Positions 1 to 12,900 of a stretch of 64,000 nt of DNA are shown in pieces. How positions within the stretch are numbered: the stretch's first letter is position 1; each line of letters starts with the position of its first letter. The notes below the pieces were generated by a model. The model saw nothing but the letters and a program-made list of their open reading frames with translations. It was not told where the DNA came from and ran no database searches. This DNA comes from Geosiphon pyriformis uo1 (Eukaryota; Fungi; Glomeromycota). The DNA is taken from the NCBI GenBank assembly GCA_016748015.1, contig JAAOMT010000468.1:124001-188000 (forward strand). The letters are read 5' to 3'. The translations under genes were made by a program, and so were the position numbers.

Positions 1-2070
1 TGTTATGCTACAAAACAAAACTGAGAAACCATTCAAAATAGAACATGCTAAAAAGATTGCTCAAGCAATTTACTTATTCTTAATCAACATTTCGAGTTTA
101 CAATCAGTTAAAAACAGAGAACAATTGGGAAAAAGTGAAAAAAGAACTCAAGATTTTGGTTCAACTGGACAATTTACAGTGTCAGTAAACATAGTTCTTA
201 ATGCACAGAATGAATCTCACCAGATTCTTCAACTTCTCCAACCAATTACTATTTCACCTTTTGGTGAACATCACGAAATTTACACTTGCTCAAAACCCAC
301 CACTACCCAACAAATCTTTGAATTCAATAAACCAATCTGTTTAAAGCATGAAATCTCAATCTCAAACGTTTATATTCCCAAAAAAATGAAAAAATTTTGA
401 GTTATATTTTACAATCCCAATAATTACTCTATTGTCTTATTGAATAAATTAGAGATTGGAATTATACACAGCAATATTTTCCAAGATAAAAATCCTCAAA
501 TTGTCTTTAATTTTATCGAAATTATAAAACATACACTACTTCCAAATCCAAACATCATCCCTACTATTGAAAACTACTATTTTTTAGAAGAAAAACTCTT
601 TTAAATCAACATGGGTTCCTTACAACTTTAACAACAAAGACAATTGAAACAGTTAATAGCTGAATTCACTGACATATTTGCAAAAAACAACAATAATCTT
701 GAAAAAACTGATATTGTTTAACATCAAATTCACACAAGAGATGCTCCACTGAAATGTCAACAAGCTTATTAAGTGCCACCTGCCAGCCACCAATTCATTA
801 GGGAAGAAATTCAAAGAATGCTCAATAATAGATTGATTCAATCATTAAGAAGTCCTTAGGCCTTACCAGTAGTTCTTGTTAAAAAGAAAAATAGAAAAAT
901 CAGATTTTGTGTTGACTATTGCCAACTGAACAGTGTGACAATTGAAGATGCCTACTCTCTTCCAAGAATTGATGACATGCTAGATGCTTTAGGAAAAGCT
1001 AAGTTCTTCTCAACTTTAAACTTGGAAAATAAATACTGGCAAGTCGAAATGAACCTAAAAGATCAACCCAAAACAGCATTTACCACTCAAGAAAAAAACT
1101 ATGAGTTCAATGATATGCCTTTTAGACTCTGTAATGCATTAGCAACATTCCAATGACTTATGAATGTTGTATATAAAGAACTCTTATGGCAATTAGTAGT
1201 TGTCTATCTGGATGACACTAATGTGTACTCACCAAGCTTTGAAGCTCATCTTATCTATCTGCAAGAAGTTTTTCAATAATTATAGAAAGCAGATTAAAGT
1301 TGAACATTGAGAAATATTACTTTAGAAAAACAAGTTTAATTTTTTTTGGACACATTGTTAGCAAAGATGAAGTCAAACCAAATCCTGGAACAATCAGTGC
1401 TGTTAAAAACTTTTAAATACCTAGAAATACCACAGAGCTATAAGGATTTGTAAGATTAGTCTTCTACTATTGAAAATTCATAAAAGGATTCTCAAAGATT
1501 GCCAAACCACTCAACTATCTCACCAACAAAAACATGTCATATCAATGGACTAAAGAACAACAAAAAGCTTTTAACACCCTCAAAACAAAATTAACAACAG
1601 CTCCAGTTTTTGTCTACCCAAATTTCAACAAACAATTCCAACTAGTCACTGATGCTTTACATATAGCTTTTGGTATCATCTTGTCACAATTGGATGAAAA
1701 TGGCCAGAAGCAAGTTATTGCTTATGCCAATAGAACACTCAAGCCAACAGAACTCAAATATGGTTCAACTAAATTAGAAGCTGCTGCAGTCATTTGGACT
1801 ATTAAACATTTTCAACAATATTTGAAGAATAAAAAAAAATTTGACATCATAACTGACAATATTGGCCTCAAATGGCTTAACAAAAAAAAACTGAACAAAG
1901 TACCAAACAGTCTCAATGAAATGATTTCCTAGCAGCCTACAAATATATTGTATATTACAAACCAGAAGAACTACACATCAATATTAACAGTTTTTCAAGA
2001 ATGAGACAAAATTAATACTAACAACAATTCCATCACAACTATCAATATTAACAAAACTAACCAAACAACA

Positions 2071-3439
2071 ATAGATCTCAGAAATTACAACAACATCAAA
2101 AACTATTTGGAGATTCTTATCATGTCAGAAAATTGGTCTCCAAGTAAAAAACATTGATTACAATACCAATCTAAACAATATTTCATACACCATAATAAAA
2201 TCTATTACAAAAATCACAGAAATTCAAATCAATCATTCAGATTAGTACAAAAAAACAAAAAAAAAACAATTTTATACAACATATACACAGATCCTTCTTC
2301 AGCACACTTAGGAAGAGATGGAACAATTTAAAGAACTCTTAAACATTACTTTTGGTCTCATATTCAAAAAGACATTCGACAATATGTAGAATTTTATGAT
2401 AGTTGTCAAAGAAAAGAAGGAACTTGCTCCACAGAATCTTTAAATCCAATCAAAGTTAGACAATTTTTTGACAAAGTTGGAATTAATTTAGTCAGACCAT
2501 TACCTATCACAACCCAAGGAAATCGTTATATTGCAGTTGCAGCAGATTATCTTACCAAATAGTCTGAAGCTAGAGCCATTTAAAGAACAAATGCAAAATC
2601 AATAGCAAATTTTATCTATAAAGCCATTATTTGTAGACATGGATGCTCAATTGAACTTTTATCTGATCAAGGAACACATTTTGTGAACAATTTGATACAA
2701 GAAATTTGTAAATGATTCAATGTCAAAAGACCTCTATTATTACTTTATCACCCTCAAACAAATGGATTTGTAGAATCTTTCAACAGAATATTGTGTAAAT
2801 CTTTAGCCAAAATCTCAACAAATTTTGAGCAAGAATAAAATATCTTTATTCTATTAGTGTTACTAACATACAGAACACTAAAACAAGATACTATGAAACA
2901 CACACTATTTGATCTTACTTATAGAAAAACAGCAATATTACCAATTAATTTCATAGTAAAAACATACTCAGTGCAACCAATCAATGAAAAAAACTTTCAA
3001 GAAACACTCCAAAAAAGAGCTTACACTTTTCTTAGTACACTGGAAGAAAAAAAACACATAGCAGCCATTCATATTGAAAATTCTCAAGCTTTACAAAAAA
3101 AAAGACATGACAACAAACTGCCACCAGTTACCAATAAATTTAAAGTTGGAAATAAAGTTTTCTTACACAAAACTAAGGCTGAAAAACAATGGAGTGAGAA
3201 AATTTGAACATAAATAAGATAGATTATTTTATATCCACAAAATTCTAGACAATAGATCATACAAGTTAAGACTTGATAACAAAATACTAGCAAAAATTGC
3301 ACATGGAGATCAATTAAAATACTATTATTCCAGAAACAATACTGAATCATTAATTCTACAAATTGGTATACATTTCTCTTTAGTTAATCCTGAAGATATT
3401 CCCCGAAATTTAAAACCAATAATTATAATAAAACAATAA
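2071..3439 (+). pseudogene. Integrase ORF of element A, separated from RNase H by a stop
   Basis: RNase H ends SRMRQN-TAA (2013-2015). IN starts at ATA, inferred from ATG. Contains H..H/C..C, GINLVRP, SDQGTHF and HPQTNG. Confidence 0.8.
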
Positions 3440-3597
3440 CCAAACTTGAACACTTAATTTAATATTTTCACAAAACCCCTTCAAAATACACAAAACATAA
3501 ATCAAAAATAGTAAATAATTACAAGAAACATTTAAACCCAAAAACCACAATACCAGTAGTAAATAATTCTCAGAATTATCACTCTTATAAAAAAAAA

Positions 3598-4100
3598 CAA
3601 GAGGTTATTCTGGAAATCAATTACCAGAACTTTTGAAGCAAGCATTAAAAAAAAACCTTTTAATTACTCCTATTAACATTCTACCAAATGTCACAATTCA
3701 ACAAAAACTTCCACTATTTTTTAATAAACAAAACAATGAACATAACCTTATCTATAAATATTTTCATATTGGAAAAACACTTTATGAATGAAAACTGGAA
3801 CTTGAAACAACAAACTTTACTTTTGAAGCTATACAAAAACAAATCTATAATGAATTTAAGACAGCAGCTGGACCAACAAACACTTGCTACAAACTTAGAA
3901 CAGTATTTAGACTCTATGATTTATTCAATACTTGTAAAAACATTCTACAAAATCTAATATTCCATCCAATAAAGATTCAATACATTGGAAAGCTCACAGA
4001 ACTGAAATTTCAACAATTTTTGAACCAGATCACTTCAATTATCTTAGACTACTATTTTAACATCACAGATAGTGCTTGAACTTTGATAGAGCTCAGTCTT
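3598..4100 (+). pseudogene. ORF3 of element A (unknown helical protein; true start probably further upstream)
   Basis: Frame reads ...YKYFHIGKTL...LRTVFRLYDLF...IQYIGKLTELKFQQFLNQITSII with only isolated TGA stops. It aligns by eye with ORF3 of B1/B2. Confidence 0.6.
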
Positions 4101-4113
4101 GAGGAAAAGATTA

Positions 4114-5082
4114 TGTTACCAGTAGAATTTTAGCTATTCATTAGCATGAAATTACCTTCATAACTCCTATTATTAATTAACATATATTATTATTTTGAAT
4201 ATCACTTATTATTTAATTAAATTATTAAATATCATTACTCAATCAATAATCTGATTTGTACTATAAAAATTAAGATGATCAAATTACACAATACCCTGAA
4301 CTATTTAACATAGTCAAAATTCGTCGAAATTAATAAAAATTGGCCGAAATAATCAATAATTCAGTGAAATAACTTGTAGTTTGCTGAAATATATTTTTAG
4401 TTCACCCAAATTGTAGCAAAGAGAAAAGTGCAAGTTCAAAGACTAGTACTACAACAAGTTGTATAAAAGAAAAGCTTCTCTCTTCAAGAAAATGTATCTT
4501 CTTATAGTATTTTACTATAGTATTTTACTTTAGATATCTTAATTAAAACAAATCACTTTTTACACATCTCAAATAAAAATTAAATATTCAAAAACCAAAT
4601 CCTTAAAATTATTACACTTGAAATTCCCTCAACATAACTAATGTTTTGAAATTGATTAGCTACTAATTTCAATAAACTGTTAGTAATTCCAGGCCTGGAT
4701 AGAAAACGTTTCTCTTGACAATTCTATTTTCTTTTACATTTCTTTTATTTTTTTTTATTTTTTTTATTATAATTATTAGGGTAGTCTATAGACAAGATTC
4801 TTGTAAAAGAGTTGACTTTTACAGCAAAGTAACTACACATTTTTAGTAAGCTTTCAAATAAGCAATTCCTGAAAAAGAATTGACATTTACTACAATATAA
4901 CTACATAAAGTAACTGGCATGAAATTGGCCATTCCACTTATAAGCCCAGTAGTTTAAATTATAAGAGATAATTTGAAGATAAATTCAGTTATTGGAAGTT
5001 TAACTACTTTCTGAGAATGTGAATTCACAGCAAATCAACATTAACAATATCTAAGAAAAAAGACCAAAAACTTCTAATAATA
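4114..5082 (+). repeat. 3' LTR of element A (family 1, ~970 bp)
   Basis: Starts TGTTACCAG right after the PPT. Colinear with copies at 22592-23564, 50849-51813(-) and 56955-57936. The terminal GGTAACA has decayed to AATAATA. Confidence 0.92.
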
Positions 5083-8000
5083 ATATACCAGTCAATATAA
5101 CAGAGGAAGAAGTTATTGACAAGAAAAAAATTATCTCCACCCATCAACCAATTTCCATTTCACCATATGACCAGTATATGGTAGTTATAAAGAGAAAAGT
5201 AAAGGATTAAATTCAGATTTTTGAGACAAAAACAACACTGTGCAAATCAGGAGAAATTGGTTTGGTCAACTTACACATACCAGCAAAGAACTACAGTCAC
5301 ATCAAAATTTCCATTTACAACAACACAAGAAATATTATTGAGATATCAGCAGGAACTACCATCGGATACTTGACCACAGAAAGTGAAGACCAACTTTCAG
5401 ACACCATTGCAAACTTTCCACAACTGTGCAGATATGTAGACATTACATTACAAACAATATATGGATAAGAAGAATGTTATCTGCTTCAACCAAAACAGTT
5501 AGAACAGATAAACATGAGAAACTTGGACTCACTTCACATATGTAGCTTAAAATATTGCTCAACAACTTTAATAACATCTTTGCCAATGAAAATGAATTTG
5601 GTAGAATTAACATCATCCAACACCAGATCAAAACTGGAGATACAATGCCAATCAAACAAAGAGCATACAGAATACAACCAGCCAGCCATAAGATTATTTG
5701 TCAAGAAATCAATCAGATACTTAACAACAGGTTAATTCAACCATTAATAAGTTTATGGTCATCACCAGTAGTACTAATCTGTAAAAAGAATGGGAAAATC
5801 TGCTTTTGTGTGGATTACTAGAAATTGAATAGAGTAACCAAAGGTAATAGCTACCCAACTCTAAAGATTCAAGAGCTGTTTAACACTTTTAAAGAGAAGA
5901 AATGGTTTTCAACTTTAGACTTAAACAGTGGTTACTGGCAAGTAGCCATGAAACTAAAAGACAAAGAGAAAACAGCTTTTACAACTCGGAAAGAAAACTT
6001 TGAATTTGAAGTAATGCCATTTGGCTTGATAAATGCTCCAGCCACTTTCCAGCAACTTATGGAAATGTTTATAATGGACTACTATGAAAATCAGTAGTCG
6101 TATACTTGGATGACACCAATGTGTTCTCAAAAACATTCGATGATCATCTGTATTATCTCCAACAAGTGTTTAAAAGATTAAAAAAAGCTAGATTAAAGCT
6201 AAATGCAATCAAATGTTTCTTTAGGAAGACTGAACTCAAGTTTTTGGAACATGTAGTGAGCAAAGACAGAATCAAAACAGATCCAGACAAGATTGAGATT
6301 ATTAAGAACTTTCTAGTACCAAATAATCTCACAAAACTAAGAGCATTCTTGGGATTTGCTGGGTATTACCACCACTTTATCAAGAACTTTTCCAAAATAG
6401 CTCAACCACTACACCAACTTCAAATAAAAAACACCAATTATGAATGGACAGAAATTTAACAAGAAGCTTTTGATACATTAAGAAGAAAGCTTATTCAAAC
6501 TCCAATACTAATCTATTTAGACCATAGCAAGCCATTCATAATCACAACTGATGCATCTGACCAAGCATTGGGAACAGTATTATCTCAGAAAAGATCAGAC
6601 AGATGAGAACATCCAGTAGTATATGCCAGTAAAAACTTAAGTCCAGCTGAAAAAAACTATGGAACTTCAGCACTGGAACACTTAGCTATCCATTGGGCTG
6701 TTATCAAATGAAAAAAATACTTGAGTCAAAAGTTTGATGTGTACACCGATCACAAAGAATTGACTTCAATCCAGAAACAAGAGTTTGCAGACAATTGCCA
6801 TGTCAGATAGAAAATAGAACTATCACTATTTAATTATACAATACATTATAAAAAAAAAAAAAAAATGGAAATGCTGACAGATTGTCATGAATGAGACAAA
6901 TCTAAAACCATTTCAACCCAAAAATATAACAAAAAAATGAATATACAAAAATACCAACAACTCCAACATTATATAAATACCCAATTGTTCAAGGAGAAAT
7001 TATCTCAAAAGGAACAAAACAACATAAAACAACAATCAAAATATTTTATCAACCACCAAAATATACTTTATTAGAAAAATAAAAAGAATCCAGACCAACC
7101 AATCAGAGTAATCACAGAACCAAAAAAAGAGATAATATTATTCAACATACATTCAGATCCAATGGCAGGACATTTTCATAAAAAAGCAATGATGAAAAAA
7201 ATCAGAAAAAGATACTATTGACCATTAATGTATCTAGACATCATCTAATATGTTCAGAATTGTAATGCTTGTCAGAAAAAAGGAGAAGCAAGACCAAGTG
7301 AACCATTGAGACCAATCAAAGTGTGACAACTATTCAATCACATTGGAATTGACTTAGTTGGACCATTAACAATTACCAGTAGAGACAACAGATATATTGC
7401 AGTAGTCATGGACTATCTCACTAAATGGCCAGAAGCAAAAGCCATTCAAAGAGCAGATGCAAAATCTGTTGCCAAATTCGTTTATCAAGATTTAATATGT
7501 TGACATGGATGTCCAAAAAAACTATTATCAGATTAAAGAACTCACTTTGTGAATAGAACACTAACAGAATTAAGCCAAAAATTTGGAATAAAAAGACTAT
7601 TATCATTACCATATTATCTACAAACAAATGGGTTAGTTGAAAGATTTAACCAAACATTGTGTGAAGCTATTGCCAAAATCAGCCAAGAAAACCAGAATGA
7701 ATGGGATTTGTTTATACTATTAGTATTATTTACTTATCAGACAATAAAGCAAAACACCACATAAGCAACACCATTTGAACTAGTATATGGTAGAACAGCA
7801 ACATTACCAGTTGAGATAGAAGTCAAAACATATTCAACAGAACCAATAACAAAAGAGAATTTCCAAAGAACATTGTTGAAAAGAACATATGACTTAATGG
7901 AGACACTAAAAAACAAATGGCGAAAAGCAGCTGATAATATCCAAAAGTCACAAGAGAAGCAAAAAGAAAGACATGATAACCAATTACCAAATAAACCAAT

Positions 8001-9020
8001 TGAATTCAAGATTAGAGACAAAGTGCTTCTACATTATACCAAAGCAGAAAAACAATGAAGTGAAAAATTTGACCCCAAATGAGACAGACCATTTCACATA
8101 GAAAAAGTTCTTGGAAATGGAGCTTATAAATTGAGGTTAAACAACAAAATTTTAACCAAAACAGCACATGGTGATTGACTGAAATCATATCACCATATAG
8201 CATCATCATTCACTAGTAATATTCTACAATTAGGAGTACAACAAGTATTAGTCCAACCAGATGAGATTCTACAAGATCTAGAACCAATAATAATTCTTGA
8301 ACTAAACACATCAAATTGAACCAATAAAAGAATATAAAAAGACATAGTAAACATGACAGAAGACTACAGAAAAATGGAAATTACTGACAACATTCACTCA
8401 CTAGCACAACAACTCTTCTAATTGATTCAACAACAGAATATAAAAATTATTATCAATCAACAAACCATTAGATACTGAGATACCAGAAAGATATCCAAAT
8501 ACAAAAGTCAAAGAAAAACAGAAAACACTATCAACAAAATGGTTCTAAAAATAAAATTAGCAATAGAAGAACCAACAATTGCCACTACATATTAAGAGTT
8601 GACCAAAAAAACTTGGAAATAGTGGATACACGAATTTCTAAGAAACTTTTGTTATTTCTACTTGGAACAATACTTGAATATTCAGAACTTATACACAGAT
8701 AAAACAAAATGATTATTTAACATAACAATATTGCAACAACTGGAACAATTTGTGGGCAAGAACAATTTAACAACACAAGCAAGAGCCATCTATCAATTGC
8801 ATGCTGAATTCCAAGACAGACTGAAAATTTTACTCAATCCAGAAATGAACTCTATTACAGTTAACCAAATGGGAAAAATAATCAACACCCAATTTAAAGA
8901 ATTACAGAACAAAATAACTTAAGTAATTCTCAAAAAAGAAGTTCAAGAAATACTTAAAGACAGAAAATTAGAGTTAGGAGATTTGGGAGATCTCAACAGA
9001 GCTCAATATTAAAAAAGAGG
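5083..9020 (+). mobile_element. Ty3/gypsy unit B1 (LTR family 2), internal region: pseudo-dUTPase, RT, RNase H, IN, ORF3, PPT
   Basis: Colinear with 14418-18382. RT motifs DLNSGYWQV, VMPFGL and YLDD. PPT aaaaaagagg abuts the LTR at 9021. Confidence 0.92.
8344..9012 (+). pseudogene. ORF3 of B1 (~220 codons, unknown function)
   Basis: No frameshift relative to 17710-18369. Internal stops are C>T/G>A types. Ends at the PPT. Confidence 0.75.
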
Positions 9021-9909
9021 TGTTACTCATAGAATATAAGAAATATAGTATTATTAGTCAGTAGATATTAGCCAATCAAATGTAGACATAGTAAATGTGG
9101 AATTCCAAGATTCCTCTTAGAGGAATTGCAGAATTCCAGAAATTTCAGAATTCTTCAACAAGGAATCGCAGGATTCCAGGAATTCCAGAATTTCTGTCGC
9201 AAGGAATTGAGGAATTGAAAAATCTCAAATATGTATATATAGCAGTAGTATTAGAAGCAGAAAAGACAGAATTGACACCAAGAATCCTTAGCTTAGTTAC
9301 CACAATCCTTAAATAAATAATTATTTCACTATATTAAATTCATTCTTCACCATCAATATTTCATGTTAATAGTAATGGATACTTAACTATACTGGAACAA
9401 TAGCTCTTGATCATGACTATTGATGGGATACTAACTTGTAAATTGCCTTGGCTTATTTCTTATTTTCTCTTTTATCTTTTTTTATTTTCTTTGTTGTCTA
9501 CTAACTTGATTAAAAGATTTACTCTTAGAGAACTCACAGAAGAATAAAACTTACTTAAAAAAATACTTACTCTTGGAGGACTTACAGAGGAATAAACTTG
9601 CTTAAACAATACTTACTCTTGGAGGACTTACAGAGGAACTGATGTCAGAAAACAGCACTGGTATACAATTACGAAGGATATCATACCAGAAAAATCATCA
9701 ATCATCAAGCTAAACAAGCAATTGACAAAACTACGGATTCAAAAAACTACTGATAAACTGTTACTATTGAATCTCTATCCATTATACAAAAAACTCAATT
9801 GGAAAACCTTCAGATAAAATACCTTCAGATTATTATCATCACCAATCACTTTGCACACCAAGTTACGGGTTTGTTATTCATTTGACACCCCAAAGAATCA
9901 CTTGTAACA
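9021..9909 (+). repeat. LTR family 2, shared 3' LTR of B1 and 5' LTR of B2
   Basis: TGTTAC...GTAACA. PPT on the left and PBS on the right. Highly similar to 18383-19272. Confidence 0.95.
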
Positions 9910-9911
9910 TT

Positions 9912-9929
9912 TGGTGCTCCCTGTGAGAT
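9912..9929 (+). promoter_or_regulatory. Primer-binding site (TGGTGCTCCCTGTGAGAT)
   Basis: TGG begins 2 nt after the LTR. Similar PBS at ~19773-19790(-) and from 57939. Resembles the complement of an elongator tRNA-Met or tRNA-Ile(UAU) 3' end; the tRNA identity is an inference. Confidence 0.8.
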
Positions 9930-9941
9930 ATAATTCTACAG

Positions 9942-12900
9942 AGAACTAGCATCAACAAAAACAAACCAAAAGTGGCAAAATCAGAAAATATAGGAGCAAA
10001 CTATTTAGGATTTGTGAAATCCTTGTTTCAACAATACAGCCAACAATTAGGATTAAACAGTAATCATTACCCAGCTGAATCAGCCTTCAACTTCTATGTC
10101 AACAACAAAATCACTGAATGCTTAGGAGGAACAGTTAACATTGAAGCAGCAAGAGAAAACTTTTACACAGAATTATTTCAACACACCAACTTACCAAGGA
10201 ACTATAGTTTTGCACCAATAATCAGAGAAATTAACCAAACTATTGAAAGGTACACTCAACAACAATTTCCTATCACCTATGCAGATAAAGACAAAGGAAG
10301 ATTACAAACACTAGCAGTAATACCTAAAGAGATACAACTACCAACCTAGAAGAAACAAAGAATTGAATCCCCACCATATCTATCATATCATCACATACCT
10401 GGAAGCACTATCAATATTTTATCTGCAGGCGCATCCACACCAAATGTGATATTAACATTTGAACAATTCCCATTCTAAAGTAAACAAAGAAAAGCAGAGT
10501 TATTAGGACCATATGGTGAATATTTTGAAGGATTTAAATCGTGATTACCAATGCCATCAGGAATTTGATCACTGCCACCTCCACCAGATTTTGAAATCTC
10601 TGATCCGTGGGAGATAACAGAATTAGAAGAAGAGGAAGAAAAAGAAACTGAGAATCAAGAATTCACTTACCAGAACCCAATCACTGAAAACCCGGAATTT
10701 GAAACCCCGAATCTTCAGAACTAGCAAAATTTAAATTCAGTAAATTTGGAAGTTGAAACTCTGAATATTTAGACACCACCAACTTAGGATAATTGAAACC
10801 CCAATCTAATTAATCAACCAAACTTACCTCCAGTAATCATTATCAATCAACCATCAATTGATCTAATAGCCAAACCCATACAGCAGCCACTTTAATTACT
10901 ACCTCAACAAAATTAACAACTGCTTCAACAATCACCACAACCACCCAACTTAGATCCAATAGCCTATGCACTAATCACGAAACTGGATAATTTCACTGGC
11001 AAAGAGGATGACACTCAAGTATGGCTAAATGATGTGGAAAAAGCCATTGCAGCTAATGGATGGAATGATGCCCAAGCAATACAAGCCATTTTTTATTTTC
11101 TCAAAGATACCGCCAACTTATGGTATCAGAACTTGATCAATAAACCACAAAACTTCAATGTCTTTAAAGTGGAATTTTTAAGATACTTCAGCAACAATAA
11201 CAGTATTAACCACCTAATCAATACATTTACCACTATAAAGCAAGGAGAAACTGAAGCAGTCACCACTTACCTGGGATGCTTCTATAGAAATCTGTGCCAG
11301 ATCCAGGCAATTGACACCAACTATTTTACAGCACCACAGATCCTCAACCAGTTTATCCGTGGCCTGCACAGCAGCATCTTACAACATGTACGCCCGTTGC
11401 ATTCAGGCACCCTTCAAGATGCAGTCACACATGCCAGAGATTTTGAATCAGCTGAATCTGAGGCCAACTATGCCCAAGCTGTTAATCTAGTGATGAATGA
11501 ATCATCTGAATTGGACTCCAAATTAAAACAATTCAATAATTCAATTAATCAGAAATTAGAAAGATACTTAGCTGACAATTGCACAATTTATCAACCACCT
11601 CAATGACACAGCAATTCAGGAAACTACAATCATTCCTAAAATCAAGCACATCCCTCAACATTGGCCAATCAGCAGTGACAGCCAGAGATGCATGTTTGCC
11701 ACAACTGTGGTAAACAAGGGCACATCAGAACAAACTGCAACACTTATAAACACCAGCAATTGGGAAATCAATATGAAAATCTCAATTGCCAATTTCAAAC
11801 TCCAAGATACCAACAAAATTAGGAACAATATCAAAACACTTACCTGCCAATGATGCAGCAGCCAATTTACCAAGCACCAGTATATTAGACTCCAGTTTAT
11901 CAACCACAGCCACCAGCAATATATCAACCACAGCCACCCATAATATATCAACTACAGCCACAAGTAATCTATCAACTCCAATCAATTCAGACACCACTCC
12001 AAAATTCAGTTAATATGATATTAAGCCACCCCAAACCTAAAATCACACAAAACTGAAGATTGGTAATGGTTGTCTACCAACTGATTCCCAGTTCTTTCAA
12101 CTCACCATCAGGATCACATTCTCGGAATTTGGGTACTAGTGCTACCCAAAACCCGAATTTCCAGAACTATTTAAGTCTTCTGGTTATTCCAGAAGATGCT
12201 ACCATCAACAATTCAGGATCCAACCAACAACAAGCACTTACCAACAACATTTCACCAGCAACTGTCACCAATAATGAATTACTCATGGCCATCTTTCCCT
12301 TCGACTTGGAAGAAACAATCGAAATTCCATTATTCAGTAGGGCAGCTCTGGAAGAGAAACCAATTACCGCCATGTATACAGATGCCAAAATTGATGGCCA
12401 CACCATCAAACTGATCTTGGATAGTGGATCAGCTGGCAGCATCATAACAAAGCAACTCATAGATCAATTAGGTCATTGAGTTGACCAAGCTGCCAGTGCA
12501 AGGATCATCACAGCTAATGGAGTGATCAAAACTCCAATAGGTAAAATAGACAACCTATCTATCAAAATTAACAGCATCATGGTACCCATCAAAGTCTTTG
12601 TAATAGAAGTCACTCAGTACCAAGCTCTTGTTGGAAATAATTGGCTATCCAAAACAAACACCATACTCGATTGGACAATGCAAGAGCTCCAACTGAGCCA
12701 AAACAGTCAACATACTCAAGCACTAGCAGTATGTGGCCACTTTAAACCAACCAACTCACAACCACTGATTGAACTTGAGAAGGAAACAAAAAAACCTACA
12801 TGGAAAGCATATTAGGTTTTGTGGGCTGATGTCAACCACAATAAACTGCTGCTCATACTTGCCTGAAATGAAGATGACCATGGAAAAGAAAAACAAAAAG

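Larger units (their letters stand above)
1..5082 (+). mobile_element. Ty3/gypsy LTR retrotransposon A (LTR family 1), 3' part: dUTPase end, RT, RNase H, integrase, ORF3, PPT, 3' LTR; decayed
   Basis: dUTPase motifs IAQ and FGSTG (5-170). RT motifs LPRIDDMLD, YWQV and YLDD (~1205). RNase H LVTDA/YANRTL. Integrase HHCC, rve and GPY-like regions. PPT gaggaaaaga at 4101-4110. Many stops. It interrupts element B1, which resumes at 5083. Confidence 0.93.

Noticed and set aside
9134-9146. Perfect heat-shock element TTCnnGAAnnTTC in the LTR
   Set aside because: Not perfect in the sister LTR, and easily produced by G>A/C>T decay of TTCCAGGAATTCC repeats.
9095-9316. ORFs repeated in both family-2 LTRs (also 18457-18678)
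   Set aside because: They span U3 repeats and the TATA region, and their similarity follows from LTR identity. No support in the C or D LTRs.
9518-9640. CRISPR-like repeat-spacer pattern
   Set aside because: Eukaryotic LTR context, spacers similar to each other, only three units and no cas genes.
9639-9665. Hammerhead-like CTGA...GAAA core in the LTR
   Set aside because: No CUGANGA or stem II; better explained as a decayed TGACGTCA palindrome.
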